From assembly GCA_977020255.1 (NCBI GenBank), contig CDROCS010001089.1, positions 682,001 to 746,000 of the forward strand: a stretch of 64,000 bases of DNA, written 5' to 3'. This document shows, one piece after another, positions 1 through 10,939 of the stretch. The DNA comes from Obrimoposthia wandeli. Lineage: Eukaryota. Made by a program: the position numbers and the translations under genes. The notes under the pieces are model-generated. The model worked only from the letters and a program-made list of their open reading frames with translations. It made no database searches and was not told the DNA's origin. Position 1 is the first letter of the stretch; every line of letters begins with the position of its first letter.

Positions 1-122
1 TATGAAAATCGGTTGAATAGCTGATGAAATAAGCATTTGTCGTTAATTGACAGATTATAACTTAACACTTAATCTTAGAATAAATTAGCTTGTTTAAGTT
101 ATTTCAAACAGAAGAAATTACT

Positions 123-989
123 ATGGATATTCGTTTTTTACAGAGTTTGGTGGCCGTTGTTGAACAAGGTTCTATTGCAGGTGCCGCCCGTGAACAAAAT
201 TTGACGGCAACCGCCGTCAGCCAAAGAATTAAAAGCCTCGAAGAACAGCTCAATTGTGTGCTGCTTTCTCGCATTGGCCACAATGCCTTACCGACAGAAG
301 CCTGTAATCACATGTTGGCACGTGCTAAAAATATTATTGCTGATAGTCTGTTACTGAAAACGGATGTGAAGCCTCAGGGGCTAGTAGGTAAATTAAGATT
401 AGGCACTATTCCCACAGCGCTCACTGATTATGTACCGATGCTAGTGAATGAATTTTCGCAAAAAGCACCTGATGCTGAGTTAATTATTATTCCCGGTGCG
501 TCTGCTGATTTGTACGATCGCTTACTTGAGCAAAAAATTGATGCGGCGTTAATGATAGCGCCTTATTTTACGGTTCCCAAAAAATACCACGCCACAGAAA
601 TTGCGATCGAGTCACTGTGTTTGATTTCTAGCAAGCCATTAAACGGCAGTATTAGTGATATTTTAGCGCAGCATCCATTGATACTGTTTGATAGAAATAC
701 ATGGGGAGGAAAGCTCACCTGGCAGTGGCTACTGAATCAAAAAACACTCTTTAATACCTTGTGCGAAATAGATGCATTTGAAACGATGATTGCGATGGTA
801 CAGGCAGGTTTGGGCATCACTATCTTACCCAAATGGCAGGGGTTGGCCTTACATAAGAATATATCAGTACGTGATTTACCGACGCCAGCAGAGCAGTGCC
901 GAAAAGTCATGTTTGTGTCTGATCGTGCATCCCCAGTGCAAAGCTTGATCGCACTAGGCAGGAAGAAACTGTTAAAAATGCCGGTTTAG
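123..989 (+). CDS. LysR-family transcriptional regulator
   Basis: N-terminal HTH (GSIAGAAREQNLTATAVSQRIKSLEEQL) and substrate-binding domain; start moved from TTG 90 to ATG 123 (MDIRFL). Confidence 0.93.
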   Translation: MDIRFLQSLVAVVEQGSIAGAAREQNLTATAVSQRIKSLEEQLNCVLLSRIGHNALPTEACNHMLARAKNIIADSLLLKTDVKPQGLVGKLRLGTIPTALTDYVPMLVNEFSQKAPDAELIIIPGASADLYDRLLEQKIDAALMIAPYFTVPKKYHATEIAIESLCLISSKPLNGSISDILAQHPLILFDRNTWGGKLTWQWLLNQKTLFNTLCEIDAFETMIAMVQAGLGITILPKWQGLALHKNISVRDLPTPAEQCRKVMFVSDRASPVQSLIALGRKKLLKMPV

Positions 990-1139
990 CATTGTCTTTA
1001 AACAGTTTTATTTGAATTATACCTACTAGTTCAACACTAGAAAGAGTGGCACATGCTGAATAGAATGACTAAAACTCATCATCGGCTTCGTTATTATTCT
1101 TAATAAAACGGTGATCTTGCGTGATGAGGTTATCTCTTA

Positions 1140-2066
1140 TCATCGTTTCGCGTTATACCCCAAGTAATGCTTTATCAGCTGATAGAAGCGGGTGACATGC
1201 ACTGGTTTATCTCCCTGAAACGGATGAACAAAATAAAATGGCCAAACTTCTCCATGGAAATTTTTCATAATATGCACCATAAGCCCTTGGTTTATTAGAG
1301 ATTGACTAGCGATTTCAGGTATTAGCACATAGCCCATATCTTGCAGAGCCATTGATATAGCACATGATAAGCTATTGCTTTGGGCAAAACGGTGTAGCGG
1401 CGTAATTTTTTCTATGGATGCTTCGTCATCATCTCGCCTTAGTTTGCTACGACAGACGGATAGCTCCGCATTTTGCCAGGACGCTGATATCCATCGGTGT
1501 TGGGTTAATTCTTCTAGTGTCTCAGGTGATCCGAATTTTTGAATATAGCTGGGCGAAGCACAAAATATTTCGCTGGCTTTGCCCAATGGTAATGCTCGGT
1601 AGTTGCTGTCTCGTAGTTCGCCTCCATAGATCGCAACATCCAATTTATCGTTTATCAAGTCTAAAGGTTCATCGGTTATTAGCACCTTTATCTCGATCTT
1701 TGGGAACTCTTTACAAAGTTGGCCAAGTGCAGGTGCTACAACGTCTTTTTCTAGCAGATGGGGAGCGGTGACAGAAAATAGCCCCGAGGGTGTCTGTTCT
1801 GCGCTGCTGAGCTCTTGAAATGCCAAATCCACCTGATCTTTTAACAACACACTGCGCGAGAGCAGTTTGGCACCGTTGGCAGTTAATGCCACACCACGCG
1901 TATTACGAGATAATAACTGAATCCCGGTTTGTTCCTCCAAACGGCTGATATGTTGGCTTACTGCTGACTTGCTTATGCCTAGATGCTGCGCTGCAAGGGT
2001 GAATGAGCCACGTTGCGCAACTTCGGCAAAGATTAAAAGGCTGGGAAGTAATTTTACATTGTTCAT
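1140..2066 (-). CDS. LysR-family regulator (CrgA/DmlR-like), divergent from DUF1330 gene
   Basis: GSFTLAAQHLGISKSAVSQHISRLEEQTG HTH; DLINDKLDVAI motif. Confidence 0.93.
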   Translation of the reverse strand: MNNVKLLPSLLIFAEVAQRGSFTLAAQHLGISKSAVSQHISRLEEQTGIQLLSRNTRGVALTANGAKLLSRSVLLKDQVDLAFQELSSAEQTPSGLFSVTAPHLLEKDVVAPALGQLCKEFPKIEIKVLITDEPLDLINDKLDVAIYGGELRDSNYRALPLGKASEIFCASPSYIQKFGSPETLEELTQHRWISASWQNAELSVCRSKLRRDDDEASIEKITPLHRFAQSNSLSCAISMALQDMGYVLIPEIASQSLINQGLMVHIMKNFHGEVWPFYFVHPFQGDKPVHVTRFYQLIKHYLGYNAKR

Positions 2067-2184
2067 ATTTTTAAACAGTCAGTTAATTTTTTGTCTATTG
2101 TCTTGTTTTACGTCATTACCTATTCTGTTGTCAAGTTCACCGTACTTAGCACTCAAACCCGCAATATAAACCAGAGGAAGTAAT

Positions 2185-2463
2185 ATGCCTGCCTATATCG
2201 TTGTAGATCTAACTCCCACAAATACCACTAAACTTGCGCAGTACAGCGCGTTAGCGGCTGAAACATTAATTCCCTTTGGCGGCGAATTTTTGGCCAAAGG
2301 CCCCATTGAACTACTGCACGGAGACCCGTTTCTGCAAGTCAAAGTGATTATCGTTTTCCCCGATCGTGAAAGCGCGACAGATTGGTACCACAGTGATGCT
2401 TACCAGGCGATTATCCCTCTACGTAATGAAGCGATGAATAGTCAGTTTCACTTGATCGGTTAG
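2185..2463 (+). CDS. DUF1330 domain protein
   Basis: 92 aa; MPAYIVVD...FGGEFLAKG...FPDRESATDWYHSDAYQAIIPLR pattern. Confidence 0.85.
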   Translation: MPAYIVVDLTPTNTTKLAQYSALAAETLIPFGGEFLAKGPIELLHGDPFLQVKVIIVFPDRESATDWYHSDAYQAIIPLRNEAMNSQFHLIG

Positions 2464-2722
2464 CACTTAAGACTGTTGAGTCTAAGGTTTGGCATAACTA
2501 GTTCCCATCCAGAAACAGATGTCTACTGCGAACGCCCCACTAACTCAATCTACTCACTACTAGGTCTAGTTGTTTGGAATAACCAAACGCCCATATCTAG
2601 TAGTACGTATCTTGAATCATTGAGGCGCTCTCGCGACGACCCAGTTTCAGGATGAACACTAACTATTAAAAAATTTATGGGCAGGGGGCTAAAATCTCTT
2701 GTCCACCTGATGGAGTTTCTAT

Positions 2723-3580
2723 ATGAATCGGTTATCTTTGAGTATCTTCGCGTTGTTAGTTAGCGTTTTCTCGCCACTTACAGTGGCCCAAAGCAACGCT
2801 GAACTTCGCCTATATAAATTGGACTGCGGGCGTGTTCACGTCGATCCCATGAATGTATTTTCAGACACAAATACCTATTCAGGTCGTAGCGTTAAGCTGG
2901 TAGATTCCTGTTATTTGATTAAACACAATAATGATTGGCTGATGTGGGATACAGGTTTACCCGCTTCTATCGCTGCGGAGCCTGATGGACTAAAAAACGG
3001 CCCTTTCCATTTGATGGTTGATAGCACTATAGCGGCGCAACTGGCACAATTGAATTTGACGGTAGAGGACATTACCCAAGTCGCTGTTTCTCACGCGCAC
3101 TTCGACCATATCGGTAATGTTAATCTGTTCCAAAAAGCCACATTGCTTATTCAGGCTGCTGAATATGCGTTTCTGGCTAATCCGCAAGAAGCTAGAGCTT
3201 ATCATATGGAACCAAACCTGATCAGCTACTTCCTCCAGGGGAAAGGAGCAAAACAAGTGCGCACTCTTAACGGCGATACTGATATTTTCGGAGATGGCAC
3301 AGTCAAGGCTATTTCTCTGCCTGGCCATACACCGGGTCATATGGCATTACAAATCGAACTACCTGAAACAGGGACGGTATTTCTGTCTGGTGACCAATGG
3401 CATTTCACTGAAAACCACGCTAACAATGGAGTGCCTGTGTTCAACTTCAACCGAGCAGATACCTTGGCTTCTTCCCATCGCTTAAATGGATTGGTGAAAA
3501 GCACTAACGCAACGCTAATTATCCAGCATGAAGTAAAAGACAATGCAACGTTGCCTATGCTTCCTGATTATCTACAGTAA
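2723..3580 (+). CDS. N-acyl homoserine lactonase-family metallo-beta-lactamase-fold hydrolase with signal peptide
   Basis: HAHFDH (HxHxDH), GHTPGH and GDQWH metal ligands; WDTG motif; hydrophobic N-terminus ending VA-Q. Confidence 0.85.
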   Translation: MNRLSLSIFALLVSVFSPLTVAQSNAELRLYKLDCGRVHVDPMNVFSDTNTYSGRSVKLVDSCYLIKHNNDWLMWDTGLPASIAAEPDGLKNGPFHLMVDSTIAAQLAQLNLTVEDITQVAVSHAHFDHIGNVNLFQKATLLIQAAEYAFLANPQEARAYHMEPNLISYFLQGKGAKQVRTLNGDTDIFGDGTVKAISLPGHTPGHMALQIELPETGTVFLSGDQWHFTENHANNGVPVFNFNRADTLASSHRLNGLVKSTNATLIIQHEVKDNATLPMLPDYLQ

Positions 3581-4000
3581 TGAGTTAGGCTGTGTCGCAA
3601 AATTTACATATTACGCAAAAGGGTTTTGTTGCAAGCATATAGTAAGCCGTGCCGAAATCCTTTAGGACTCACTGCGGTCCTACTATCGGCTCAGGTGTTG
3701 CACTCTCGCACACGCTTTCACCACCTTAGAATATAAGTTGCAAAATAGATCTCGTTAAACAAGGTACACCGAGGCTAAAAATAGCTCCATTTTTCAACTG
3801 TGCATTTATGCAAACAGGTGATGCACATTTAGTCACTATGCAACAAATATACCCTGGTTTAGAATCAGCCAAATATTAGTGACTAAGTCTTGGTAATCAA
3901 ACACACGCACACACTTAACATAACACTCAAATTCTTTCACATTTTGCACATATCTCATTTTAGATAGTGCTAAATATCTGCAACTTTGGAGTATGCAAAT

Positions 4001-5227
4001 ATGCTAATTCAACGCACCCTTCTATCTGCTGCCATTTTGGCCGCTGCCTCTTTATCAGTGCAAGCGGCTGATAACGGCAGCGGTTTTGTATCCGGCAGCA
4101 CTTTAGATTTAAACTTACGCACCTATTATTTTAACCGAGATAAAATAGGCCAAAAGGATTCTGTCGCACTATCACAAGGCTTACAGCTGAATTATAAATC
4201 TGGCTATGCTTATGACGTGCTCGGTTTTGACGCCTCTCTTTTCTCTTCTCAAAAACTAGCGGGAGAAAGAGGTGAAGGTGGCACTGGTCTATTAAGAAGT
4301 GAATCTGGCGCACAACGCGGATACGCAAAAATTGGGCAAGCATTTATTAAAGCCAAATTAGGTGAAAACGTTAAACTAAAAGCCGGTCGAATGGTTCTAA
4401 ACACACCGCTGTTAAACGATTCTGATTCGCGCTCTACTCCAAGTTCTACTCAAGCAGTGGTAGCCCAAGGTAAATTTAGTGGTCTTGATGTTTATGCTAT
4501 TTGGTCTGATCGAGCCTCTGCAAAAACTGATGAAAGCTTTAATCAGTATACCGATCGTAACGGTGATGACTATGAAGTAAAAGTACTTGGGGCTAACTAT
4601 ACTTTTGCCAACAAATTAGGTTTAAGCATTGCTTACGGCCAAGCTGAGGATGTATTAAAACAAAGCTACGTTAATGTTAACTATCCTTTTAAACTATCTG
4701 AAAAAATGAGCCTCACTCTAGATGGACATTTTTATAGTGGTGAAGCCGACGGTAACGCAACCGGTCATGTTAATGCAGATTACGACAGTGATTTGCTCAA
4801 CTTAGCGGCGCGACTTGCCTATGACAACTCAAAATTAACCCTTTCTTACCAGGAAGTTAATGGTGATGAGTACGAAGAAAGCTGGGATGGTTTCAACAAT
4901 GATGATACCGGTCTATCCACTTGGAACTCAGTACAAAGGTTAGATTTTGATCGCGCTGATGAAGAATCTTGGCAGCTGCGTTTTGATCATAAATTTAAGC
5001 AGGTGCAGGGCTTAAGTTTTATGACGCGTTACACTTACGGTGATAACATTAGCCGCGCAGCCCAAGGTGACGGTTCTGAATGGGAACGCAACGTTGAACT
5101 ACAATACGCCTTCCAAGACGTTGACGGATTATCGTTACGTTGGAGAAACTCTACTGTTCGCTCAACAGAGACGGTAGATACTAACGAAAACCGCTTAATT
5201 CTTAATTACAATATTGCCTTTAAATAA
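4001..5227 (+). CDS. OprD/Occ-family outer-membrane porin
   Basis: Signal peptide ending VQA; LRTYYFNRD, YKSGY, GFDAS, C-terminal ENRLILNYNIAF; ATG 4001 follows GGAG. Confidence 0.9.
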   Translation: MLIQRTLLSAAILAAASLSVQAADNGSGFVSGSTLDLNLRTYYFNRDKIGQKDSVALSQGLQLNYKSGYAYDVLGFDASLFSSQKLAGERGEGGTGLLRSESGAQRGYAKIGQAFIKAKLGENVKLKAGRMVLNTPLLNDSDSRSTPSSTQAVVAQGKFSGLDVYAIWSDRASAKTDESFNQYTDRNGDDYEVKVLGANYTFANKLGLSIAYGQAEDVLKQSYVNVNYPFKLSEKMSLTLDGHFYSGEADGNATGHVNADYDSDLLNLAARLAYDNSKLTLSYQEVNGDEYEESWDGFNNDDTGLSTWNSVQRLDFDRADEESWQLRFDHKFKQVQGLSFMTRYTYGDNISRAAQGDGSEWERNVELQYAFQDVDGLSLRWRNSTVRSTETVDTNENRLILNYNIAFK

Positions 5228-5264
5228 GTAACACCATCACCTCCCCTTGATTAGTGTGAATTTG

Positions 5265-5298
5265 TGCACTTGAGGCCCTCTGCCTCGGTGCATTTTTT
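5265..5298 (+). terminator. Probable intrinsic terminator of the porin gene
   Basis: TGCACTTGAGGC-CCTCT-GCCTCGGTGCA stem followed by TTTTTT. Confidence 0.55.
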
Positions 5299-5556
5299 AA
5301 ATAGATTCCACTGCTAGTTCACTAAGCGTCTATTCTAATTTTTTCTTCTGTTTTTCACGGAGCCAGCGCTCTTAATGTTTTCGACATTTTAAATGCTAAT
5401 TTATTGATTAAATTGAATTTATTCTGCACATCTCTCGTGCGTTTTTGCACAGGTATCCCCATAGTATATTTGTTATATTGTTGGTTCTCACCATTTAATG
5501 TTGGCACAACATGAATGAAACCCATCACTTTATGTGATTACCGAAAAAGGCAATAA

Positions 5557-6327
5557 ATGTTAAATATTAAAGATAAAGTAGTTTTAATCACTGGTGGCTC
5601 AACAGGCATTGGTTTCGCTGCTGCTAAGATGTTTTTGGAAAATGGCTCAAAAGTTGTGATCGCTGGTAGAAATGAAACGGCAGGTCGCAATGCTCTGTCG
5701 AGTTTACGAGAAGTCAGTGACAATGTTGAGTTTATATCTACTGATGTTGCAAATTCACAACAGGTAAGAGACTTGGTTAGCAGTACAGTTAAATTATTTG
5801 GTAAGCTTGATATCGCGTTCAATAATGCGGGTATTGATGGGACGTTCGCTTCAATTACCGACATTGACGATGAAGAGATGGCTGAAGTAATTGATATTAA
5901 TCTTAAAGGCGTCTGGTTGTGCTGCAAGTATCAAGTAGAGCAATTTAAAGCGCAGAAGTCGAGTGGTGTTATTGTTAATACATCGTCATGGTTAGCCAAA
6001 GGCGCTTTTGCAGGTTCTAGTGTCTACTCGGCCAGTAAGGCCGCACTTGACGGTATGACCCGGGCACTTGCTGTCGAACTAGGTCCTGAAGGTATTCGTA
6101 TTAACAATGTTAACCCTGGTTATATTAAAACGCCCATGCTTTCCCGTTTCTTTGATCCAGAGAGTAACGAGGCGCAGCCGTTTAAAGCTCACGCTCCAAT
6201 GCAACGATTTGGTGAGGCTGAAGATATCGCAAAATCAGTCATTTGGTTGAGCAGTGAAGGGGCCTCATTTGTCTCAGGCGAAACTCTATTAGTCGATGGT
6301 GGTCTGGCAATTGGAGGCCAGCGCTAG
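5557..6327 (+). CDS. Short-chain dehydrogenase/reductase
   Basis: TGGSTGIG, NNAG and YSASK catalytic motif. Confidence 0.95.
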   Translation: MLNIKDKVVLITGGSTGIGFAAAKMFLENGSKVVIAGRNETAGRNALSSLREVSDNVEFISTDVANSQQVRDLVSSTVKLFGKLDIAFNNAGIDGTFASITDIDDEEMAEVIDINLKGVWLCCKYQVEQFKAQKSSGVIVNTSSWLAKGAFAGSSVYSASKAALDGMTRALAVELGPEGIRINNVNPGYIKTPMLSRFFDPESNEAQPFKAHAPMQRFGEAEDIAKSVIWLSSEGASFVSGETLLVDGGLAIGGQR

Positions 6328-6541
6328 TCATCTCTATTAAGCAAAACTAATACTCGCTATTTACCATCAATGACGATCAACTAATCTACTCGTATGCGGG
6401 TATTTTACCGTATAATAATTGTAGTTTAGGAAACGGATTTCAAACTCAATCTATTATTAAGATCATTAAACAAACGAATCTCACATAATGGGGCTATTGT
6501 ACTCAATATATGAATATATGAATTTTAAGTGATGAAAACAG

Positions 6542-7408
6542 ATGACCAATTGGGATGATATTCGTTATTTTCTATCTGTGGCTCGTTGCGGTAATTTAAG
6601 CACAGCGGCTAAAGAGTTGGGGGTAAATCACTCAACCGTTTCTCGACGCATTCAAGCATTGGAAGAGCGACATGGTGTTCGGTTATTTGAACGATTATCT
6701 AGTGGTTATGAAATGAATGTTGCCGCTAGCGCTATCTATGAATTGGCGTTAGAACTTGAAGCTAAAAACCAACAGGTTTCCCGTCAGCTTTTCGGTCAAG
6801 ATAGTCGTTTACAGGGTGAACTCAACCTGACAATGCCGCACGATATTTTTGATTACCTCTTATCTAAAGATTTAGCTCAGTTCAAGCAACTGCAACCCGA
6901 CATACTGACAAACTTATATTTAGCAAAAGGGGTAAAAAACCTTGCCGCTAGAGAAGCAGATATCGCGATCAGGCTGACCGCTAACCCCCCTGATTATTTA
7001 ATAGGGAAGAAGGTCGCTAATTTACAGCATGGACTTTACACCCATGCTGCAATGGATTTGTCTACGCGCGTTGATATTATTGCATGGAGCACTGAGCATG
7101 GTTTGCCTGCGTGGGCGCAAGAGCATTTTCCTCAGGCTAAAATAGCGATGCGTGTTGATGATTTATACTCAATGTATGCCGCTGTTAAAGCGGGCATTGG
7201 CATTGCAAGAATGCCTTGTTATTTACCTGATTCTATTGGGGAGGGAGAGGTGAAAAGATTACCAATTTCACTACCTCTTTCAACGTGGGGAGTATGGATT
7301 TTAAGTCATGTGGATCTGCGGAATACGGCTAAAGTTAGGTGTTGTCGAGAATTTTTGGCGGAACAACTGTTACGCAGAAAGCCGGTTTTTGAAGGCAAAG
7401 AATCGTAA
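6542..7408 (+). CDS. LysR-family regulator
   Basis: MTNWDDIRYFL...GNLSTAAKELGVNHSTVSRRI HTH; READIAIR. Confidence 0.93.
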   Translation: MTNWDDIRYFLSVARCGNLSTAAKELGVNHSTVSRRIQALEERHGVRLFERLSSGYEMNVAASAIYELALELEAKNQQVSRQLFGQDSRLQGELNLTMPHDIFDYLLSKDLAQFKQLQPDILTNLYLAKGVKNLAAREADIAIRLTANPPDYLIGKKVANLQHGLYTHAAMDLSTRVDIIAWSTEHGLPAWAQEHFPQAKIAMRVDDLYSMYAAVKAGIGIARMPCYLPDSIGEGEVKRLPISLPLSTWGVWILSHVDLRNTAKVRCCREFLAEQLLRRKPVFEGKES

Positions 7409-7773
7409 TACATAGGTTAAATACTGAAGGTGTTTTGCTTGAGAGTCCAGCATGTTTATTGCGCTCGATAATACCGGGTTTAAAAACGCAACCCGATACC
7501 CCAGATGTGTGCGCTACACCAGTAATACTCATAAAAGGGGCACACTGGCTTCGCTGTTTCATCGATTGGTACTTTGTATCATCATCATTCACTACGCAGA
7601 CGCCTTAGATTAAAAGGCAAGTCATAGAATATTTTATAACGGCATTCAATGTTGTCCGAGTTTAAAAACAAGATCAGATTGGAAAGCATTAATCATAGGG
7701 GTTACAGTAGAATTGTCGTTGTCTACATTGCCATTACCCATGTTTAGTTGCGTTGTTTTTGTTGGCTACACTG

Positions 7774-8730
7774 TTAGTAACGGCTACCTATTACTGTGTA
7801 TTTATCTGACAGCTGATCCAAAGTAATTAATTCGTCTTTTGAAAATTGAATTTCCATGCTTTGCCAATTCTGTTCGAGGTAAGATAAGTGTTTAGTGCCT
7901 GGAATCATGGCAATATCTTTACCTTGGGCTAATAACCAAGCGAGCGAGACCTGTGCTGAACTCACTCCTTTATGAATCGAAATTTTATTAATCTCATTGA
8001 CCAACCCTCTGTTTTTTTCTATAGCTGCTTGTTGAAATCTTGGGTTGTCCAAACGCCAGTCGTCAGATTGTAAGTCGGAGCGATTGTGAATACCTCCGCT
8101 AAGAAAACCGCGTCCCATAGGGCTATATGCTACAAACCCTATACCTAACTCACGAGTGGTTGGTAATATATTTTCTTCAATATCTCGGGACCATAATGAA
8201 TACTCAGTCTGCAATACCGATATAGGATGAGTGCTGTGAGCCCGTCTTATTTGTTCAGGCTCTGCTTCAGATAAGCCTAAGTATCTGACTTTTCCTTCTT
8301 TCACTAGTTCAGCCATGGCACCCACCGTTTCTTCGATAGGTACATTGGGATCTATACGGTGTTGATAATAAACATCAATATAGTCGGTGTTTAAACGTTT
8401 AAGAGAAGCCTCACAACTGGCTTTGACATAATCAGGACGCCCGTTTACCCCAAGCCAATCTCCTTGTTGGTTGCGGCTTATACCAAATTTAGTTGCTAAG
8501 GTAACTTTGTCACGCTGCGTAACTAATGCTTTCCCTAGAAGTGTTTCATTCGTAAAAGGGCCATACATGTCCGCGGTGTCCCAAAACGTACAGCCTAGTT
8601 CTATTGCACGGCTAAGCACTGATAGGTTATCTTCTTGATTATGCGGCCCATAAAATTCAGACATTCCCATACAGCCCAAGCTAACAGCGGGGACCATTAA
8701 ACCTTGTTGTCCTAATTTGACATGTTTCAT
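7774..8730 (-). CDS. Aldo/keto reductase
   Basis: LGCMGMS, DTADMYG, ATKFG, YYQHRID, GLSE, AYSPMGRG, IPGT motifs. Confidence 0.95.
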   Translation of the reverse strand: MKHVKLGQQGLMVPAVSLGCMGMSEFYGPHNQEDNLSVLSRAIELGCTFWDTADMYGPFTNETLLGKALVTQRDKVTLATKFGISRNQQGDWLGVNGRPDYVKASCEASLKRLNTDYIDVYYQHRIDPNVPIEETVGAMAELVKEGKVRYLGLSEAEPEQIRRAHSTHPISVLQTEYSLWSRDIEENILPTTRELGIGFVAYSPMGRGFLSGGIHNRSDLQSDDWRLDNPRFQQAAIEKNRGLVNEINKISIHKGVSSAQVSLAWLLAQGKDIAMIPGTKHLSYLEQNWQSMEIQFSKDELITLDQLSDKYTVIGSRY

Positions 8731-8972
8731 TTAGTTAACCTTGTTTTGATCTATTGATAGAAAAATAGTGTGACGCCCGCCGCTACTTGACGAATAGGGA
8801 GAGTTGTTTGGTAGCTCCCCCTTACTAAGTAACTAGCCACCCAAAGAGGAAAGTTCTCTATGGCTTGGCAAAAGTATCTTTGAAGTTTCATGTTATCTAT
8901 ATCTTTCAGAGCATCAGAGATTTAAGCGTCTTTGGCCATTTCTGATGCAGGTGTAATCAAGTTATTAGCTTG

Positions 8973-10058
8973 TTATCTCTCGGTCATGAAGGGGTAATCG
9001 GTATAGCCCGTTGCATCTGAAGTGTAAAATGTTGTGTTATCGGGCTCAGTGAGAGTTGCATTGACCTTGAATCTAGCGACAAGATCTGGATTAGCAATGA
9101 AAGGGGTTCCAAAAACGATGGCATCAGCTTCATTATTGACCAATGCGCTATTTGCTGTCTCTTGGGTGTATCCCCCGTTTATGATGAGATTACCTTGGTA
9201 GTTTTTACGTAATATGGGAGTTAAATAGTTGGCCGTTGCCATAGGGTGGCCTGAATCGGGTTTGGGTTCTAAAATATGCACATAAGCTAAATCACATTCA
9301 TTTAGTTGGTTTACTGCTCGTGTAAATGTTGCCTTTGGATTTGAATCAGTAATGCCCCACACTTTGTTCGTAGGTGAAATTCTGATGCCGACTTTACCTG
9401 AGCCAATTGCAGCGCAAACGGCCGTTACAATTTCCATCATAAACCGTAATCGATTGTCGATAGAGCCTCCATATTCATCTTCTCGCTGGTTGATCCCATC
9501 TCGTGTAAATTGATCAACTAGAAATCCATTTGCAGCATGTATCTCGACACCATCAAGGCCCGAGTTGATGGCGCGTTTAGCGGCATCGACAAATTGCTGA
9601 ACAACTTCGCTAATTTGAGGTTTTGTTAAGGATTGCGGCACAACAAATTCTCGGTCGCGCCCTTTAGGTGTTGTTAATGAGCCTTGCTGTTTTATGGAGG
9701 AAGAAGAAAGGGGTAATTCGCCATCTATAAAGTCTGGATGAACTGTACTGCCCATGTGCCAAAGCTGAACGAATATACGCCCATCTTTTGCATGCACAGC
9801 GTCGGCAATACTTTTCCAACCAGCTTGCTGTTCATCGTTATATATTCCAGGAGCATTCAACCAACCTAAGCCTTTTTTATCGACGGCGGTTGCCTCGGCA
9901 ATAATAAGACCTGCACTGGCACGTTGCCCGTAATATTCGGCCATTAGCTTATTAGGAATGCCTTTTGTAACCGCACGGCCTCGGGTGAGAGGTGCCATAA
10001 ATATTCTGTTACTTAATTGATAATCACCTAAGGTAATTGAACTGAAAACATTGTGCAT
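8973..10058 (-). CDS. Old Yellow Enzyme / alkene reductase (NemA-like)
   Basis: MAPLTRGRA, YYGQRAS, EIHAANG, REDEYGGS, NPDLV; start moved to ATG 10058 after AGGA. Confidence 0.92.
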   Translation of the reverse strand: MHNVFSSITLGDYQLSNRIFMAPLTRGRAVTKGIPNKLMAEYYGQRASAGLIIAEATAVDKKGLGWLNAPGIYNDEQQAGWKSIADAVHAKDGRIFVQLWHMGSTVHPDFIDGELPLSSSSIKQQGSLTTPKGRDREFVVPQSLTKPQISEVVQQFVDAAKRAINSGLDGVEIHAANGFLVDQFTRDGINQREDEYGGSIDNRLRFMMEIVTAVCAAIGSGKVGIRISPTNKVWGITDSNPKATFTRAVNQLNECDLAYVHILEPKPDSGHPMATANYLTPILRKNYQGNLIINGGYTQETANSALVNNEADAIVFGTPFIANPDLVARFKVNATLTEPDNTTFYTSDATGYTDYPFMTER

Positions 10059-10165
10059 AGTATGTCCTATGATGAACCCAAAATGCTCATCTATGTTAAA
10101 TGTAAAATGCAGCCAGCAGGCAAATGCCTGCTGTCTATTTATAACCAACTATTGTTTTATTAGGC

Positions 10166-10783
10166 TTAAGAAAATTCACTTTTGTAGATATTCCCAATGA
10201 TAGGGTGATCCAATAAACGTTGTAGGTAGCTATCAATATGTAGGTGCTTTTCAGATAAAGAGTGTTTCAAAATCATTTGCCAGTGTATCGCTACCCCTAA
10301 GTATAAATCTGCAATACTTAATGTAGCGCCCGCAATGTAATTGTTTTCGGCCAGTTGCTCGTTAATAACGGCGAATAAGTCATGTAATGCACTCTCTGCT
10401 TTTTCTTTTACATCTATTTCATTATCACCATAACGAGCAGGAATAATGGCACGCGAAAAGTGAGGATGTACATTTGAGTAAACAAACATCATCCATTTTA
10501 AAGCTTGAGCGCGATCCATTGTACCTGCCTCAGGTAGCAAGTTGGTATTGGGTGCTAGCTCACTGATGTATTGTAAAATAGCCGCACCTTCCGTGATTAT
10601 GTGGCCATCAACAATAAGCGCTGGGACCTTGCTTAATGGGTTGATTTTAATAAACTCAGGTGCAAACTGCTCACCTGCTTGAGCATTTACAATCTTAACT
10701 TCGTGTTCTAAACCGCTCAGTGCTAAGGCTGCTTTTACAGCCAAAGAACAAGAGCCTGGTGCGTGGTATAAAGTAATCATCAC
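10166..10783 (-). CDS. Glutathione S-transferase (beta-class-like)
   Basis: YHAPGSCSL, INPLSKVPAL, TEGAAILQY, SIADLY. Confidence 0.93.
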   Translation of the reverse strand: MMITLYHAPGSCSLAVKAALALSGLEHEVKIVNAQAGEQFAPEFIKINPLSKVPALIVDGHIITEGAAILQYISELAPNTNLLPEAGTMDRAQALKWMMFVYSNVHPHFSRAIIPARYGDNEIDVKEKAESALHDLFAVINEQLAENNYIAGATLSIADLYLGVAIHWQMILKHSLSEKHLHIDSYLQRLLDHPIIGNIYKSEFS

Positions 10784-10939
10784 TGTTCCTCATGTATTTG
10801 AATTTGAGGCTATGATAGGGCAATAAGTGGATTGTAAATATTCTCTATTTTTGCATATTACCTGTGCATAATTGCAAGGACTTGTAATATATAGAGTCAC
10901 TGCAGCTTGGTTTAAAAAACCAGAGGGGGAAGAATTAAC

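Noticed and set aside
7335-7620. ORF 7335-7592 and a plus-strand frame (..ATRYPRCVRY..LVLCIII) faintly like a transposase tail
   Set aside because: Similarity too weak to support by eye; needs tBLASTn.
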